Assembly: GCF_000150275.1 (NCBI RefSeq)
Contig: NW_002060945.1
Location: 5,980,991-6,044,990 of the forward strand
Source: Trichoplax adhaerens
Taxonomy: Eukaryota > Animalia > Placozoa
Direction of reading: 5' to 3'
Length of the DNA: 64,000 bases
The notes under the pieces are model-generated. The model did not search any database. It saw only the letters and a program-made list of their open reading frames with translations, and was not told the DNA's origin. Position 1 is the first letter of the stretch. Every line of letters begins with the position of its first letter. A program made the position numbers and the translations under genes. Shown piece after piece: positions 27,808-41,562 of the stretch.

Positions 27808-30800
27808 TTACCGATGACGACTTTTATCCTTTCTTCGCCGCCGTTTCATGTAGCAACAAAGACATCTAAAGCAAGACAATAAAAATTATGATAATTAGTA
27901 TCTAAAAATTCGAAATACTCCTGGGTTACAACACTTTGAAAGATGGTATTTTAGATACAAGCATTTACTTAATATCATCACTACTATCTGATTCTTGAGA
28001 ATGTGTATCATTCAGAGCAGTGAGGGGTTCAGTTGGATTGGCGTCTAATCCACCATTATTGGGAGTATCTTGTCTATCTCCGTTATATGCTTCTGTAGTT
28101 GGCTTTTCCGCCTTTTCTTCACGCCTTGTAGTTGCTGTCTGTGGCTGATTTGGCGCTTTCTTCGACGGATCAGCCCAAGGCTCCTTTTGCGACTGTTGAT
28201 AAAGCCATCATAAGTATATAGCATTTAATTATAGTCTTAAAAGTATACAACTGTCAATTAAAACCTGTCGTGGTTGATTTTCCGTAGTTGTTGCTGTCCT
28301 TGCTGCAGATTCTCTAGGGTGAGTTGAGGGTGGTTTCCTTTCAATAGTGTTATTTGCTGGATCGATGACACCCTAAATTGAATATAACAACAATAAATCT
28401 ATGTTCTCAAAAAGTTATCCAAGTCGATAGCGGTCAATTACATATAAATATATATCATTACCACATTTTTACCAGACCAATCAAATTTAGTTTCGTCTCC
28501 ATATCCTCTCTTTTTGTATAATTCTTTAAAGAGATTTCGTAAGTGATCATAATCTGGCTTTTCAAAAAAGTCTAGTCTTCTCGCATAGCGAAGATACGAA
28601 GCAAATTCCTCTGTATTTTAAGTGAAAAAAAATTAATTTAACTGACAAGGGATTAGAAGTTATCATTACAAAATAAATGAATCGCTCATGCATTTATAAT
28701 TATAATAAATCCAACATACCTGGATAATTTTCGCAAAGAACTTCAATCGGTGTTGATCTTTTGGTATCACCAATCTTTTGATATCTTTCCTTTAAATTAG
28801 CAGCCTGCGCGCAACAACGAACAACATAAGTATAGATAAGTTATTATCGTATCCTACTATTTTAATTTTTAGATATTCGGATACATATCATCAAGGTTGC
28901 TGTTGGTATAATTTATAAAAATGATATCGATATATTTACAATAGAACAACATAATATACGATATCAATATGACAGTCACTTTAACTATTTTTTGAATTAT
29001 TGTTTCGATTTTTTACTTACCGTAAGACCTTGCCATGGTAAACTACCGCGTAGGAAATACATAAACATATGACCTAATGCTTCTAAATCGTCACGCCTAC
29101 TTTGCTCTTTGGGATTTCATAAGTAATACAAATGATATTTGTACATATTAAAACATTATCAATATAGCTAAGAAATTTTAGTCACACATAAAAATCATAA
29201 TGTAGACTATGTACGCGTATTACAAGTTTACTAACCTTTGCCAAGATGGGTATTTATACTCATATACCGTGCTGTTCCAGTAAGACTTTTATGCTCTCTA
29301 TATGGTATATGCTTATTCGTTTCAGGATCAATATATTCTTTGGCTAAGCCAAAATCAATGATATGAATTATATTTTCATGCTTATGATTTGGGCGGCCAA
29401 GCACAAAATTTTCTGGCTTGATATCGCGATATATCACATTTTTCGAGTGAACGTATTCAATTCTATTGAGCTATAAAAGTAAGATATACAATATTTTAGC
29501 CTTGTATAAAGTTGAGAAAAAAAAAAAATTTCAAACAATATGACAGAGTAGAATCATAAAATAATTTTTTTACAGTAAAAAACTTTACAGTACTAGATTT
29601 AGCAATTATACGTGCAATAACTAATCAGTCAATTATAACTACTTCTCTTAGAAATATTCTTTTTCCTACATTGTCTCATATATACATATAGTTATTTAAA
29701 CAAAAAAATCGATAGAGCTCTAAAAGACTACGATAATTAATGGATAGTCATTAAATCGATAGTATCACACTGTACACTAATAGCTATATACGTTTATTTA
29801 TTGCAATTACACTAGATACATATCGCATGATCGATTTAAAAAAGCAGATGTATTAAACAACAGTATAACAATACTATGTTGCAAGAGAGAATAGAGTAAT
29901 TAATTAAGATACTACAGAAAGCATATTAAACTATTTAAACGGATATAGAACATATAATGCAACTCTTTCTTCGTAAATCAATCAAATTAAAAGAGAGAAA
30001 AATTAATACAAATCTGTAGTATAGGAAAATGTTTATCTTTTATATTGATAACACATCAAGGTAGATAGTAAACTTTTTTGATAGAATTTCATAGTGTCGT
30101 ACAATATTGCAAGATTATTTCACTATATTGCAAATATGCCAAAGTAAAAATTTCGATGATATTTTCTATAGTATTTATTTTAAATATACTAACCAGTTGA
30201 ATCGCCAAGAGAATGACAGTTTTAAGCGAGAATTTTCGGTTACAAAATTCGAAAAGGTCTTCCAAACTAGGTCCAAGTAACTCTAAAACCATAGCATTAA
30301 ATTTACCACATGGTCCAAAGTAATAGACTTGAGGTAATCCAACTAATGTATGAGAAAGTGTTAAAATCACGGTAAATAAACATAAGTTACATTCAATATT
30401 AGCATGAATAACAAAAATAGTAGCGACAGTTTAACACATCAAGATGTGACACTTAGTTACGATATTTTATCAACATATACAGCGTTGTTAGAGAATAAAA
30501 AATAAAATAAAATTGCCTCTCTATTTTACTTAATACAACGAGATCATATACCATAATTGCCGATCGTCGATACAATTACATCAAAGAGTATTAATTATTA
30601 ACTTATTGTTGTACTTGATTCACAATGTAAAATGATCATTTCTCAATAATTAATAAGATCACGAAGCCAACTGACGACAATACTACATGACATGCCCGCA
30701 GTTCGGCTGAAAATTTTTTGAGTTTGTGCTATAAATCTGATTCTAATATAAATTATAATATCAATTTCTAATATTATATTTATGAGTATATATTAGCAAT

Positions 30801-33800
30801 AATAACTAACTATAAGCTATTCGATTTTTAAGGTCGATTTTTATAGAAAGACCTAACTTTATCGATACCCCCCTAGTAGTTCACAATGTCAATACCGTAC
30901 ATTCCGAGTTGTACGCTATACGCTATACCATATAGCGCACAAATACAGTACATACGGTATAACATAGCATCTTAGGTGAAATTCTGTCAAAACATTGGTG
31001 CTATATATTAAGCAATTAAGGTAAGAATACCTTCATGCGCTTTTTTCGTTGTAACTATAACTATGGCGATTTTAATATTATTACAGATTACCGTCCTAAT
31101 ATACTGTACATCAAAACAGACATTGTCGTGCAATATTTCAATACAAACAATAAATATCAGCGATAAAATTGCAATATTAATTCAATATTAATAACATAAT
31201 CATAATTAACTACTTATTAAGTAGTCATTTTTACTGATGTTTAATATATAACTTAAAATGCCTTCATCAATCATTATACCTGTATACTACAGCGTAGTTT
31301 AGTATGACATTGAGCATAGCTAATCACAACTCCAGCATTGTCTGATAGTCGCTGACGATTATAATACTTGTATAACTTAGTTAATAGAGCGTTAACTACA
31401 CAGCCAAGCTATATGTACGTATCTACTACAATAGACTATATATAAATCCTTTAAACATTATGTAGTATACCAAGATCAATGTAATAATATTTGCAATTAG
31501 CTACGCTCGATTTATACATTGTGCGTAAATAAATGCTATTATAATTTTCTACCATAAATATGACAGTTTACCACTAATCAGGTTTAATTTTTAATACTAT
31601 GTAAGTAGCATCTGCATGATTCCCTTGTTGGGCAGTATCATAAATAGATAAAAATAATTTCAATTATTATAAATGAATAAAAAAAAAACGGCCTTAAGAA
31701 TAATCACTGCTTAACTGATAAATTTATAATAAATTAAAAGATATGTATACCCTACGAAAATTTTACATCTAATCGCGAGCCATTCATTATTCAGCTAATT
31801 AGAAATATTCCTAACATCTGAGATAGCAAATAGAGCTCAAAAAGAGAAGTGCAATAACGATATTTATATCTGCTTATCAACTTTCGCCAACTGTACCAGC
31901 ATGGATATTTAGAATGCGTAAAAAAGTACAGATACACTATATCTGTTTCTTTTAGCGTTCAATATAAGAAATTTGGTAGAAAAGAAAATGAACGAAATGC
32001 TTAGAATAAAATTTAAGGCACTAATAAATTTGTACTAAGTTAAAAAAAAAAAATGAAGAGTAAAGTTAGTAAGCTGAAAATATCTACACTAAATTCCACA
32101 TTATTATATTACACTAAAGTTATGAACAAGTAAGCGACAAAGTAAGTAATGTCAAGTACATTAATACCTATAGATCGTGTATCCATAAACGGCACAACAC
32201 TACAGTATATAGTACTATAATATAATTACTGCACTATCAGTGTGAAACAACGGCAAATTTAATACCGTAACATGACCATATTAAAATCCTATTATATTAA
32301 TCAAATGATCTGTAGCTTTCACACTTGAAGCCAAAATTACTTTGCAACTCAGTAGTCACTATAGTAACTGTAACTTAATCGTCTAATAATACTTCATTGG
32401 AAGAAAATAGCTAAAAAATTCGGCATAAAAAATAGAAGTATAAATATTTTCTATACGTTGCGTATAATACAAAAATAGAATCAAATGGATAGAATAGAGA
32501 AAAAAAAATTGAAAATATACCATAGGATATTGCATGTCATTATGAAAAGATGAAATTGATGACTGGCAGCGTACTAATTCGTAAGTATATTTGTGATTAC
32601 TGTAGGATTATCTATCGTTCGGCAGTTTGTACCACGAATGATATAAAAATTGAAAGATAGAGGTATTTTGGATACAGTTTCGATCGTATTTTATCTTGGA
32701 TTCAGTTCATAATAATTATTGTCAAGAGACAATAATAATAGTAAAGAAATACTTCTCTATGAAAATAGTATCATCAGGAGTAGCGTCTTAATTTATTTAC
32801 TTAATCACATATCGATAACGGTATGATTAATTATTAGCAATCAGATAAGACTGCAGCATTATCGATGAGCAAAACTTTCGAAGATTAAACGGTAAAATAC
32901 AGTGAGTACAAGTGTAGAATAATCAAAGGGAATGATAGTAGATAAACTAGAATGTTATACTCTTTACTGTATCAATTTTAGAATACAAACTTAAGTTAGT
33001 AAATCTCTTACCATTTTTGCCTAATACTTTATAGAAACGATATTCTAGATGCAATTGAGGAGCTCGTGTTTTCATTGCTTCCTATAATGCATTTAAAATG
33101 GAAGATGATTTCGGTTAATGTAGTTAATTACGGCAAATAACGGTAACAAGTACACTGTAAATAATATCATAAAGGCTCACAGTGTCACAAAACGTTATAA
33201 TCCGTACACAAGTATTAATCTGACGAAGATAGTAATTGAATGGAATAATCAAAACTATTCTTAGCTCCTTAAAAATTCGACCTTTTACTAATATATAATG
33301 GAGAATAACGCTCTACAGTATATATATATATATATATATATAGATCAAAAGGTAAATATTGTTGTAGGTCTAACGTTAGCAAGGTGGTTCAAAATTGTAT
33401 GAAGCTACGGCTATAACATAAATATATCATATTACGCAGTACACGTAGTGGGAAAATAAAAACTAAACAATCATAGCAACTATTACAAATTTGCGTATAT
33501 CCTTTGTGCGCTTAAACTATTATCATCATCTATTACTGTACAGTACTGTATATAATAATTATTAGTTTGCGCGTATTTCCATCCACATCTCATTTTATCA
33601 AAATTTGTTTACGCGCTTGATATCACTGATTACTAATCGCAACAAAAAGGTGAATAAACTTACCAATTTAATCGCCACTCGTTCGTTATTATAGAGATTT
33701 TTACCTGTCCAATGGAATTTCAATAAAAATACTATTTTAGTAAAAAACTTTCGAATGAGCAATACCATGGTGTCTCATCACTAGAATAATTCTATGTATG

Positions 33801-36623
33801 ATACGTATTTAAAATTTGATCTTAATCAAGCTATATTGCATGCACAGTATCACAAAACTATTGTCAATCAGACAATAAATAAAAATTCATCAAGTCGGAT
33901 ACATAAATCACAAATTATACATAGTACTGGTGTTCTCGATATTCAAGTGAAATTTTAGCATTGGTTAAGAAGCCTATACAGTATACACTCATGGAAAAGG
34001 GTCTTAACGTTGCTCGTTTGTAATTTTATTCAGTAAAATAGGCAGTTGTAACAGTTACGTATTTTGCCTTTAGTATCTAAAAATGGTACATTCAGTAACA
34101 TCATCATCCCATCCAAATTTTGCGGTCTTTGACTGTAGTATCGAATGTATTCGAAAGATTTTACAAGTGCTATACAAAACTAGTGTTATAGTAATTATTA
34201 GCTAGTTCTAAATTTTACGAGTGTACCTTTGTATACAGTACTATTATAATTTTAGTGTCGAGATATCGCTATCAACATGATATAATTTCCCTATTCCATA
34301 AGTAAAATGTAGACTGAACTGATGTGAGAATATTGTAGTGTACATCCTGTCGATTATTTGAAAGCGTTATTTGAATCCAAAGTCATTAGGAAGAAGTCAA
34401 CTGCAATATAAAAGTCAGATTGAAGGAATTGCCATTACTCCCGCTACAATCTTAAGTACGGAATAACTTCTCATATTTTTATAACAGCATGGATACGCTT
34501 GACAACGATCGATAGGAATTGAGTGATATCGTGTAGAAGATTCCGTAATCTAGTAAGTTAATGTGATAATTTTGCCCCATTTTTAGGGGGGGCCCGATTC
34601 GTCTTATAAAAAATAATATAATATAACGATCATTATGTCAAGACAATCACGTTGGTAACTAGAAAAGATAATTGGTTTCAATGCTGTAAGATAATGTGTA
34701 AATGAACAATATCATACTGTCATTCGTTTTAAAGTAAGTTAAATGTTGTACAATCTCAATAAAAGCATAGCAACGTACAGTAGTGAGCTGACTATATGAT
34801 ATCATTTGGCATACAAGGCAAAATTAAAGAAAGCAATTGTTACACAGATAGTATATTGGGTCGCTCATCAAGTAAATGTATCTTTTACATAGTATATTAG
34901 GTTTCAAATTGAAGGAATGGATAAAACAATAAAAGGAGAAAAAATAAAATTTTTGAATACACTTTTTTTACAAAGTGACTCAAATAAGAAAAGGTAAATC
35001 ACATCTGTAGCATGCCATTGTCGATTAAATCATTTTTTTGGACAGCATTGCTAGATTAAGGTTAATATATCAAGTTATATTCTAGTCGATGTATCATGAA
35101 GGCAAATAGCATTTCCATCTCGATCAGAATCCCCTCTTTAGACATCAACAAGTAAGTTATGGAATAGTGGGTGAATCAGTGACCATTTGAGTCAAGAGTA
35201 GGAAGTGAAAAGAAGAAAAAAAAAAAAATATTAGGGATTTAGACTACAACTGTTTAAAATTTTTTATTTCAATCGGACATTAAGCTATTGTAAGCGATAG
35301 CCACATGCAGTACACAACTCTTCTGCCATACTGTGTAGTGTGTACTGTAGCGTGGTTATGTATTGTGTCGACTACTGTCTCTATTAGTTGTTCCACTGCG
35401 AACAAAAAAAAATCAAGGCGAACGCTTAGAAATAGGAGCTTGGTTAATTCCATTTAGACTATTATTTCAACATGACTATTTAGCAAAGATAATTTATTGC
35501 AGTAGTCATGGTCTACAATTTGATGACAAGACCAAGCAAGAAGAGATTGGCAATCATGATTGATCGATCGATTAACTGAATCGAGTTGTATTGGAAGGTT
35601 TTTATTTGTGCATCTGGGAGTCGATTGAGTATGTTGAAATATTGGAAAGATGTTGACGGCACTTGTAGAAATTCCAGTTGATGCTAAGTGGATTTTCTAT
35701 TTACAGTAGTAAGTGCTCAAACAGTCTATTGGATAGTAGGACTGTAGTCATTAGGACAATCTGCCGTCCATCATGCTTTGGTAGTTGACTATTGATTTCT
35801 ACAATGGCCATGGTCAAAGTATTGGCATATTGTATCCAACACCGACACTATTTGTAATGATGACAGCCATCAAAATGGGAGTGTACTACTGTAGTATCCA
35901 CGATGCAGTACTAACTATAGCGATAAAAGTAATACCTCGATGGCACTCCTTGTTCACTGTCTATGTAACCATTGCCAACAGTATACTATTGCTTGTCAAC
36001 GATCGATATTGCCCAACTGCAACGGCATGTAAAAACGAGCGCGGCTACAACATCAATGAAGATGGATTTGATCGTCTTGATTAATGGTAAATGCTGCAAA
36101 TACAATAATTGCCTTTCTATAAACGACATTAACAAGCGTGCAATGAGAAGTGATTGTGTTTTAGGAGAGTTGAAAAAGTACGGTATGGAGGCTTTGTTAG
36201 AGGCAGAGTAGTACCTCTGAATACGTAAAGTACAACTCAATAAAGCTACGACAAGATTCCAACGACACAATCGGCGTCGGTAGAATAAAACGAGTACGAT
36301 TTCAATGAGTTGAAAAGAACTTGGTATTGGTTATTAGAACAAAATTGATATTGTCAGGCAGGCAGCAAGAATGAATCGACTAGTTTGGTTGGATGATAGA
36401 AATGAGTACGATATTGCCGTTGAATAACGATCATACCTAAATAAATTTCGCCAAAATTGCCCCGACCAATGCGTCTACCCACACGAAAATTAGGTCCAAC
36501 CATCAATACACTAGAATTGGATGAAGCTGAGCCAGCACGGGAAGCTTGACTACCACTATTTGTGCGTGTGCCACGCGGCTTACGTTGATGATGTTGATCG
36601 GTGTCTTTCTCGCGTCTTTGCAT
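27808..36623 (-). CDS. CSNK1G: Casein kinase I gamma (gilgamesh-type), 11 coding exons
   Basis: Exons ~36437-36623, 33664-33706, 33013-33082, 30194-30343, 29236-29471, 29022-29107, 28720-28804, 28462-28611, 28265-28373, 27969-28193, 27808-27865. Motifs [80 protein letters not shown], and the gamma-specific C-terminal palmitoylation/basic tail [13 protein letters not shown]. Confidence 0.95.
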
Positions 36624-37599
36624 TGTATATTGTAGAGTGTCTTGATGGCGTGGATGAGTCAATTGGGTTGCAATATCGTCGATCTTTTTGGAAGAGTAAT
36701 GGATGGACAAAATGTCAATACTGTATCAAGGATTAACTGTTATCGTATGGAATACAAGGTAGAAAAAAGTTCCAATTACACAAGCATATATCAACAGTAA
36801 CACCTAAAGGCTTACAATAAAAATACTCTACAGTAGAGTTGTGTTGAATATTGCAAGGAAAATTCAAAACTACTCGTCGACGCTAGAACGGATTACTTGA
36901 AGATGTAATCCAATTAGTCCACAATATTACTGCGATAATAATGACTAGACAGTATACACAAGTCAAAATGGGGGTCTTCGTTTCCGATCTACTGTCAGTG
37001 AAGGAGAGTTGAATGGAAATCGCTATGGATGTCAAGGAAGAATGAAGCTAGCCGGCAAAGAGTGATTTGGTTTTTTGTCTATGATGGCCTGCTGATATCA
37101 ACTTTTTTTTTTTCCCCTAATAATTTTGATACCTTTGCTTCTTCTCCAAGTTCAAAGTGGTGCTTTTATGGACAAGAGATTGCAATCAGCGTAAGTTAAT
37201 TGGTAGCGTTAGCGATCTACTTGAACAATATTGTAATAGATCACGTTCAAATTCAAGAAATTGGAAAGTGATACTGCTGGACGTACAACGCTAGCGTGAA
37301 TGGAGATCGTCCAGTTACCGTGTTGTACAGTATGAGATTGCCTTGTGTTGAGAACTATGTCCACTCAGTCAGAGTTGAAGACTTGATACTTGAGCCAGTC
37401 AAGAATAATTTGCAAGTGATCTATGCTACACTATTCAATCACGGAGTCCATGTTCTCTCCTTTCCTCTTAATTCATATTACATTGCTTGTATCTCGCCAA
37501 TAGATTGAAAAATAGTCCCACCACGTCGTTAAGTTCAATCTTCACCGTGGTGAAAGTTTTCTCTTTTGGGCTTGAGCGTTTTCTACCGGTGTAGTTCTA

Positions 37600-39215
37600 C
37601 TAGCAATAAGTTCAGCCTGTGCTGGCGCGTCTAGTCTACTACGCAAGTACCTCTCGATCGGTTATACTGTGCTCTAGTGTAAAAGGGGGCAGTCATGGTC
37701 TACTATTGTGCCAACCCATCTACTCTTACAGTGTACAGTATGTTTTACCAATGGCAAAGCAATATCGACTCGCGAGTGAGTACTGTAGACTGTAGACCAT
37801 GTAGGTTTCCATGGCAAAACATACAGTACTGTATGGTGTCGAGTAGACACTGTGTTGGACTAGAGATGCGGTGAAGATGGCTGTTTATTCAAGTGTTGAA
37901 TATGGTAGACCAAGTTTTTTTTTCCTTTATTACTGCCCATTTTAATGGATTGAACTTGTTCAATCAAGATGCACTTGTACAGTATTGAATATCTTTTTCA
38001 TCATGCATTTTCATCAGGCCTCCATCGTGATGAGCAGTAGTGTACTCAACTCTACCATATTGTACACACGGAAGGCGTAAAGTATAGTACTGTTTTCTTT
38101 CTTCCTCACTTATTGTATTCTACCTTCTTTCTTTCTTTTTACAGTCCATTCTCCATCTTCCACAGTCGGCTGTCATGACCGTAGACATGTACGCGTACTT
38201 GTCAACAAAGATTTTACTCTACCGATATAGTGTTTGTGAACATCTTCTACAGTATATACTCTACTCTATCCAACCAATGTAAGATGCATACTGTACGTTT
38301 GCTTGTTGCTAAGTAGGCAAGGCGTAGCTGCCAATTGGCGACGCAAGAACAAATAGCAGAATACAGAAATAACTCATACCGATCGTATGACATATGACTC
38401 AGGAGCAGTTATCATTCACTGGTTGAAATACTGTACCACAGTTAGAAGAAAAATGCTCCTACTCAACTTAGTCATCCAGTCTTCACTGATCGATGATCCT
38501 CAGCAACCAATATACAAAACCCGTATGACATATGACTCATGAGTAGTCAGCATTCACTGGTTGAAATACTGTACCACAGTTGTAAAAAAAATGCTCCTAC
38601 TCAACTCAGTCAACCAATCTTCACTGATAGATGATCCTCAGCAACCAATATACAAAATGCCTCCCTCTCTACTTCTGAAAATAACAGTACTCAAGTTGAA
38701 AGTTGGAATTGGGGGAATACTATTCAACAGTGTACTATCGAAGTTCAGACAAGGACTACTCGACCCCAATTCACTCATTGACTGCCTGTACAGTGTACAG
38801 TATACAGTAAGCCGCGGTGGTGCGCCTAGTGCCGTGTGGTGCGGGCTGCCAGTGCTGCGCAGCCGCATCAAATGCCGGTCGAGATACGGTGTACAGTACA
38901 GAGTGCAGATACAATCAAACTGTACACTGTACACTGTACAGCACTACAGTATACAGTTACCGTGCTTAGTACTGCATACTACAGTTCAAGACACTGTAGC
39001 CGACGTCGAAAAAAGGATGACACAGTTAGACCTGAGAAAGGTTCGGTTCGGTTCGAAACTGTAGGATCTCATACTGACACTGTACTGGTATTTAGTCTGT
39101 ATTGCACTCATGGAAAATCTTACCCAGTGCTCGGTACAGTACACCAGCGAAAACACTTTCAGGTTAAAACCCGTTGGGTGTCACTACCTGAGTACCGTCT
39201 GTACGGCAGAACAAT
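37600..39215. promoter_or_regulatory. Divergent (head-to-head) promoter region of CSNK1G and NDUFA13
   Basis: GC-enriched relative to background. Contains CAGTA/TACTG clusters, palindrome ACTCGCGAGT (37768-37777), YY1-like AAGATGGC (~37874), X-box-like GTTTCCATGGCAA (~37805) and a GC-rich islet at 38811-38881. Confidence 0.55.
38384..38657. repeat. Two-copy tandem duplication, 138 bp period
   Basis: CGTATGACATATGACTCA...CATTCACTGGTTGAAATACTGTACCACAGTT...GATGATCCTCAGCAACCAATATACAAAA starts at 38384 and at 38522. Confidence 0.95.
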
Positions 39216-40439
39216 ATGGCGTCTGATGGAGTCAAGATGAGGCAGGAGATGCCGCCCAAAGGTGGCTATCCCATGGTAGAATATCAACGAAATTTGCCAC
39301 GGAGAGGTGTCTCTGGAGCAGCAATGATCATTGGTAGTGCTGCAATTATGTCATTTGGATTCTATCTAGTAATTAAAGGCAATCGACATCGAAGGTAATT
39401 ACTGTCGATATCTTGTTATGCTTTGTTGCACAGGAGGTAACCTGTAAGCTTGATCAATCAGAATAACCTACGGTAATACGAAGAATTGCATAATACTGAC
39501 GGTGATATTCTAACTTCTATTATTGTATGGCTGTTTCATTCCAACAATTTTATCCAAACTAGAAAGTGTTAGCACTTGCTACAACGGTTTTACTACTTTA
39601 ATACATACTCTTGATAATCAGGTCTACTTGATATACATTTGCACCTACATACACGTATGGACCATTGAACCTACTGTATAAACTTCTCTTATCCTACTCA
39701 ACTACTATATAATTCTAATATTAATGATATTGTGAAGTACTTATGATCGAGTAAGTCATTCCTTCAGTATTTGACCAGAGTTCAAAGAAAAAGCTTTTTC
39801 TCTCACCTCAATGATATTGACCGTATCCAGATGATGTCCCGCCGTGGACTCTCATCAAATACGTGTACAGTAATATAATTCGTACTGTAGATTCGCTAAT
39901 TTTACTACATCTTTACATGGTGTCCTGCAGTTGCATCTATCTCATATTTAATACTTATAAGGATTGTCCAAGCTCAGTCTACTTTACAATAACGCGTCAT
40001 TTTTGTCCTTAATAATCATCTAATAGAGTGCTAAAACAAGAAAGACTAGAAGCCAGACACTTTGTAAGGCCGTTAATACAAGCAGAAGAAGATAGAAGGT
40101 ATGTACAGTATACTACTGTATACGGTATACAGCACTTACCGTATACCATCAAATGATTTGTTACTTTCCTTAGTGATATCAACAGTGTTCAATGAACCTG
40201 CTGAACATGGATAGTTTTAACTAATACAATATTAAAGTCTAATGAATAAATATTGATATCATACATCATCTTACCGCTATCTTATTTATAACAATGGCAG
40301 AATACTTCGCCGTCTCAAATGTTTAGAATATGAGGAAGCGAAAATTATGCAGAATGTACCAGGATGGGTTATAGGTGAAAGTGTTTATCATACCGATCGA
40401 TGGGTGCAGCCACCTGCTGAACAATTATCTAGATTTTGA
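39216..40439 (+). CDS. NDUFA13: NADH dehydrogenase (ubiquinone) 1 alpha subcomplex subunit 13 (GRIM-19)
   Basis: Exons 39216-39394, 40027-40098, 40301-40439. RQEMPPKGGYPMVEYQRNLPRRGVSG + TM helix, PLIQAEEDRR, EEAKIMQNVPGWVIGESVYHTDRWVQP are hallmark GRIM-19 motifs. Confidence 0.96.
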
Positions 40440-41562
40440 GTTATTATTACGGTCGATATCATTTAGCTTATGGCTAAGTTAACCTCCCCTTGGAAGCTAA
40501 TAGAAATTAAAATTGTTTTCTATGCCAATGATAAAATCAAATCTGTAAAGTTGATGTAAATTGTTGCTTGATGTTGACTTCATCTTCTGTCAACCGTTAA
40601 GATAAAGCCTTGCTGAGCTTTATAGGCCTGTTGATAAATCTTCATGTGATTTTTTATATGATCACCTTCTATCAAAATGGAAATCCCTTACGGTATTTCA
40701 ACGTCAACTTCCCAAATAAAAGCAGCTTTTATCGTATACAGAATCTGAGCATGCATAATACTACCTACCTGCATGGGGTTAAATCTTCACTGTAGTTAAC
40801 TTTAAAACCTGCTTAATTCTAGATGGGAGGGGTCGTCCTATACGGTACACTATTTTACATAGCAATTATATCATATGTGTCAGCAGCAGTTAATGCGTAA
40901 AATATTATTAATACCATTGCTTCAAAATATATAGTTGGCCCACTATCTCTGCCTTTTATATCTCGATATATTACATTGCATACCGCAGTACATGAACGTC
41001 AAGCAACAACTATAGTAATTAATAGTCATTGTACTTTAGAACAGTTCCTAATAGATAGTGCTTCAATAAAAACCTGAGAAAATCGCTCAAAAAGGATTAA
41101 GCTAAGGAATGGCATCAAGTTCGCTAACAATAACTTTATTCGTGATCACATGCATCACGTTAAAATACAAACATAAGTATAAAACTATGTCCAATGGTAT
41201 ATGGAAGCATCAAAATAAAAATTTTCATTTCACGCCATCCGCACCTCATTATGACTTAGTGAGTAATTGCGAGCTTATCAATTCGTTAAACCTAATCATA
41301 TCACAAGTGTAATAATGATTCGAGCATCGCTAGTTAACAGCTCAACGTCACTAAATAGAATTAGAATGGTTACTATTTCAAACAAATAATGAATTAAGAG
41401 TTATATGACTGGTATGTGTTCGTGTATTCTCATTTTGATTCTTTCAGTAAATGGCTTTATGTCATAGATCACAAATTTCTAATCTAGAGCACAATCTCTT
41501 ATCCATCTGAAAGAAGTATATTTACCATAGAACAAAAGCAATTACTTGTTGTTATTCTATAT

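Noticed and set aside
35363-36270. Four short ORFs in CSNK1G intron 1
   Set aside because: Non-ATG starts, no motifs or coherent splice structure; expected by chance in a locally GC-richer sequence.
38990-39070. GGTTCGAAAC (Pol III B-box / tRNA T-loop-like) preceded by GTTCG repeats
   Set aside because: No acceptor, D or anticodon stems can be formed and the A-box match is poor; not a tRNA.
38561-39240. Overlapping ORFs of 167, 98 and 134 aa upstream of NDUFA13
   Set aside because: The Y/C/T/V-rich translations are by-products of the pentamer repeats and GC islet; no protein similarity recognised.
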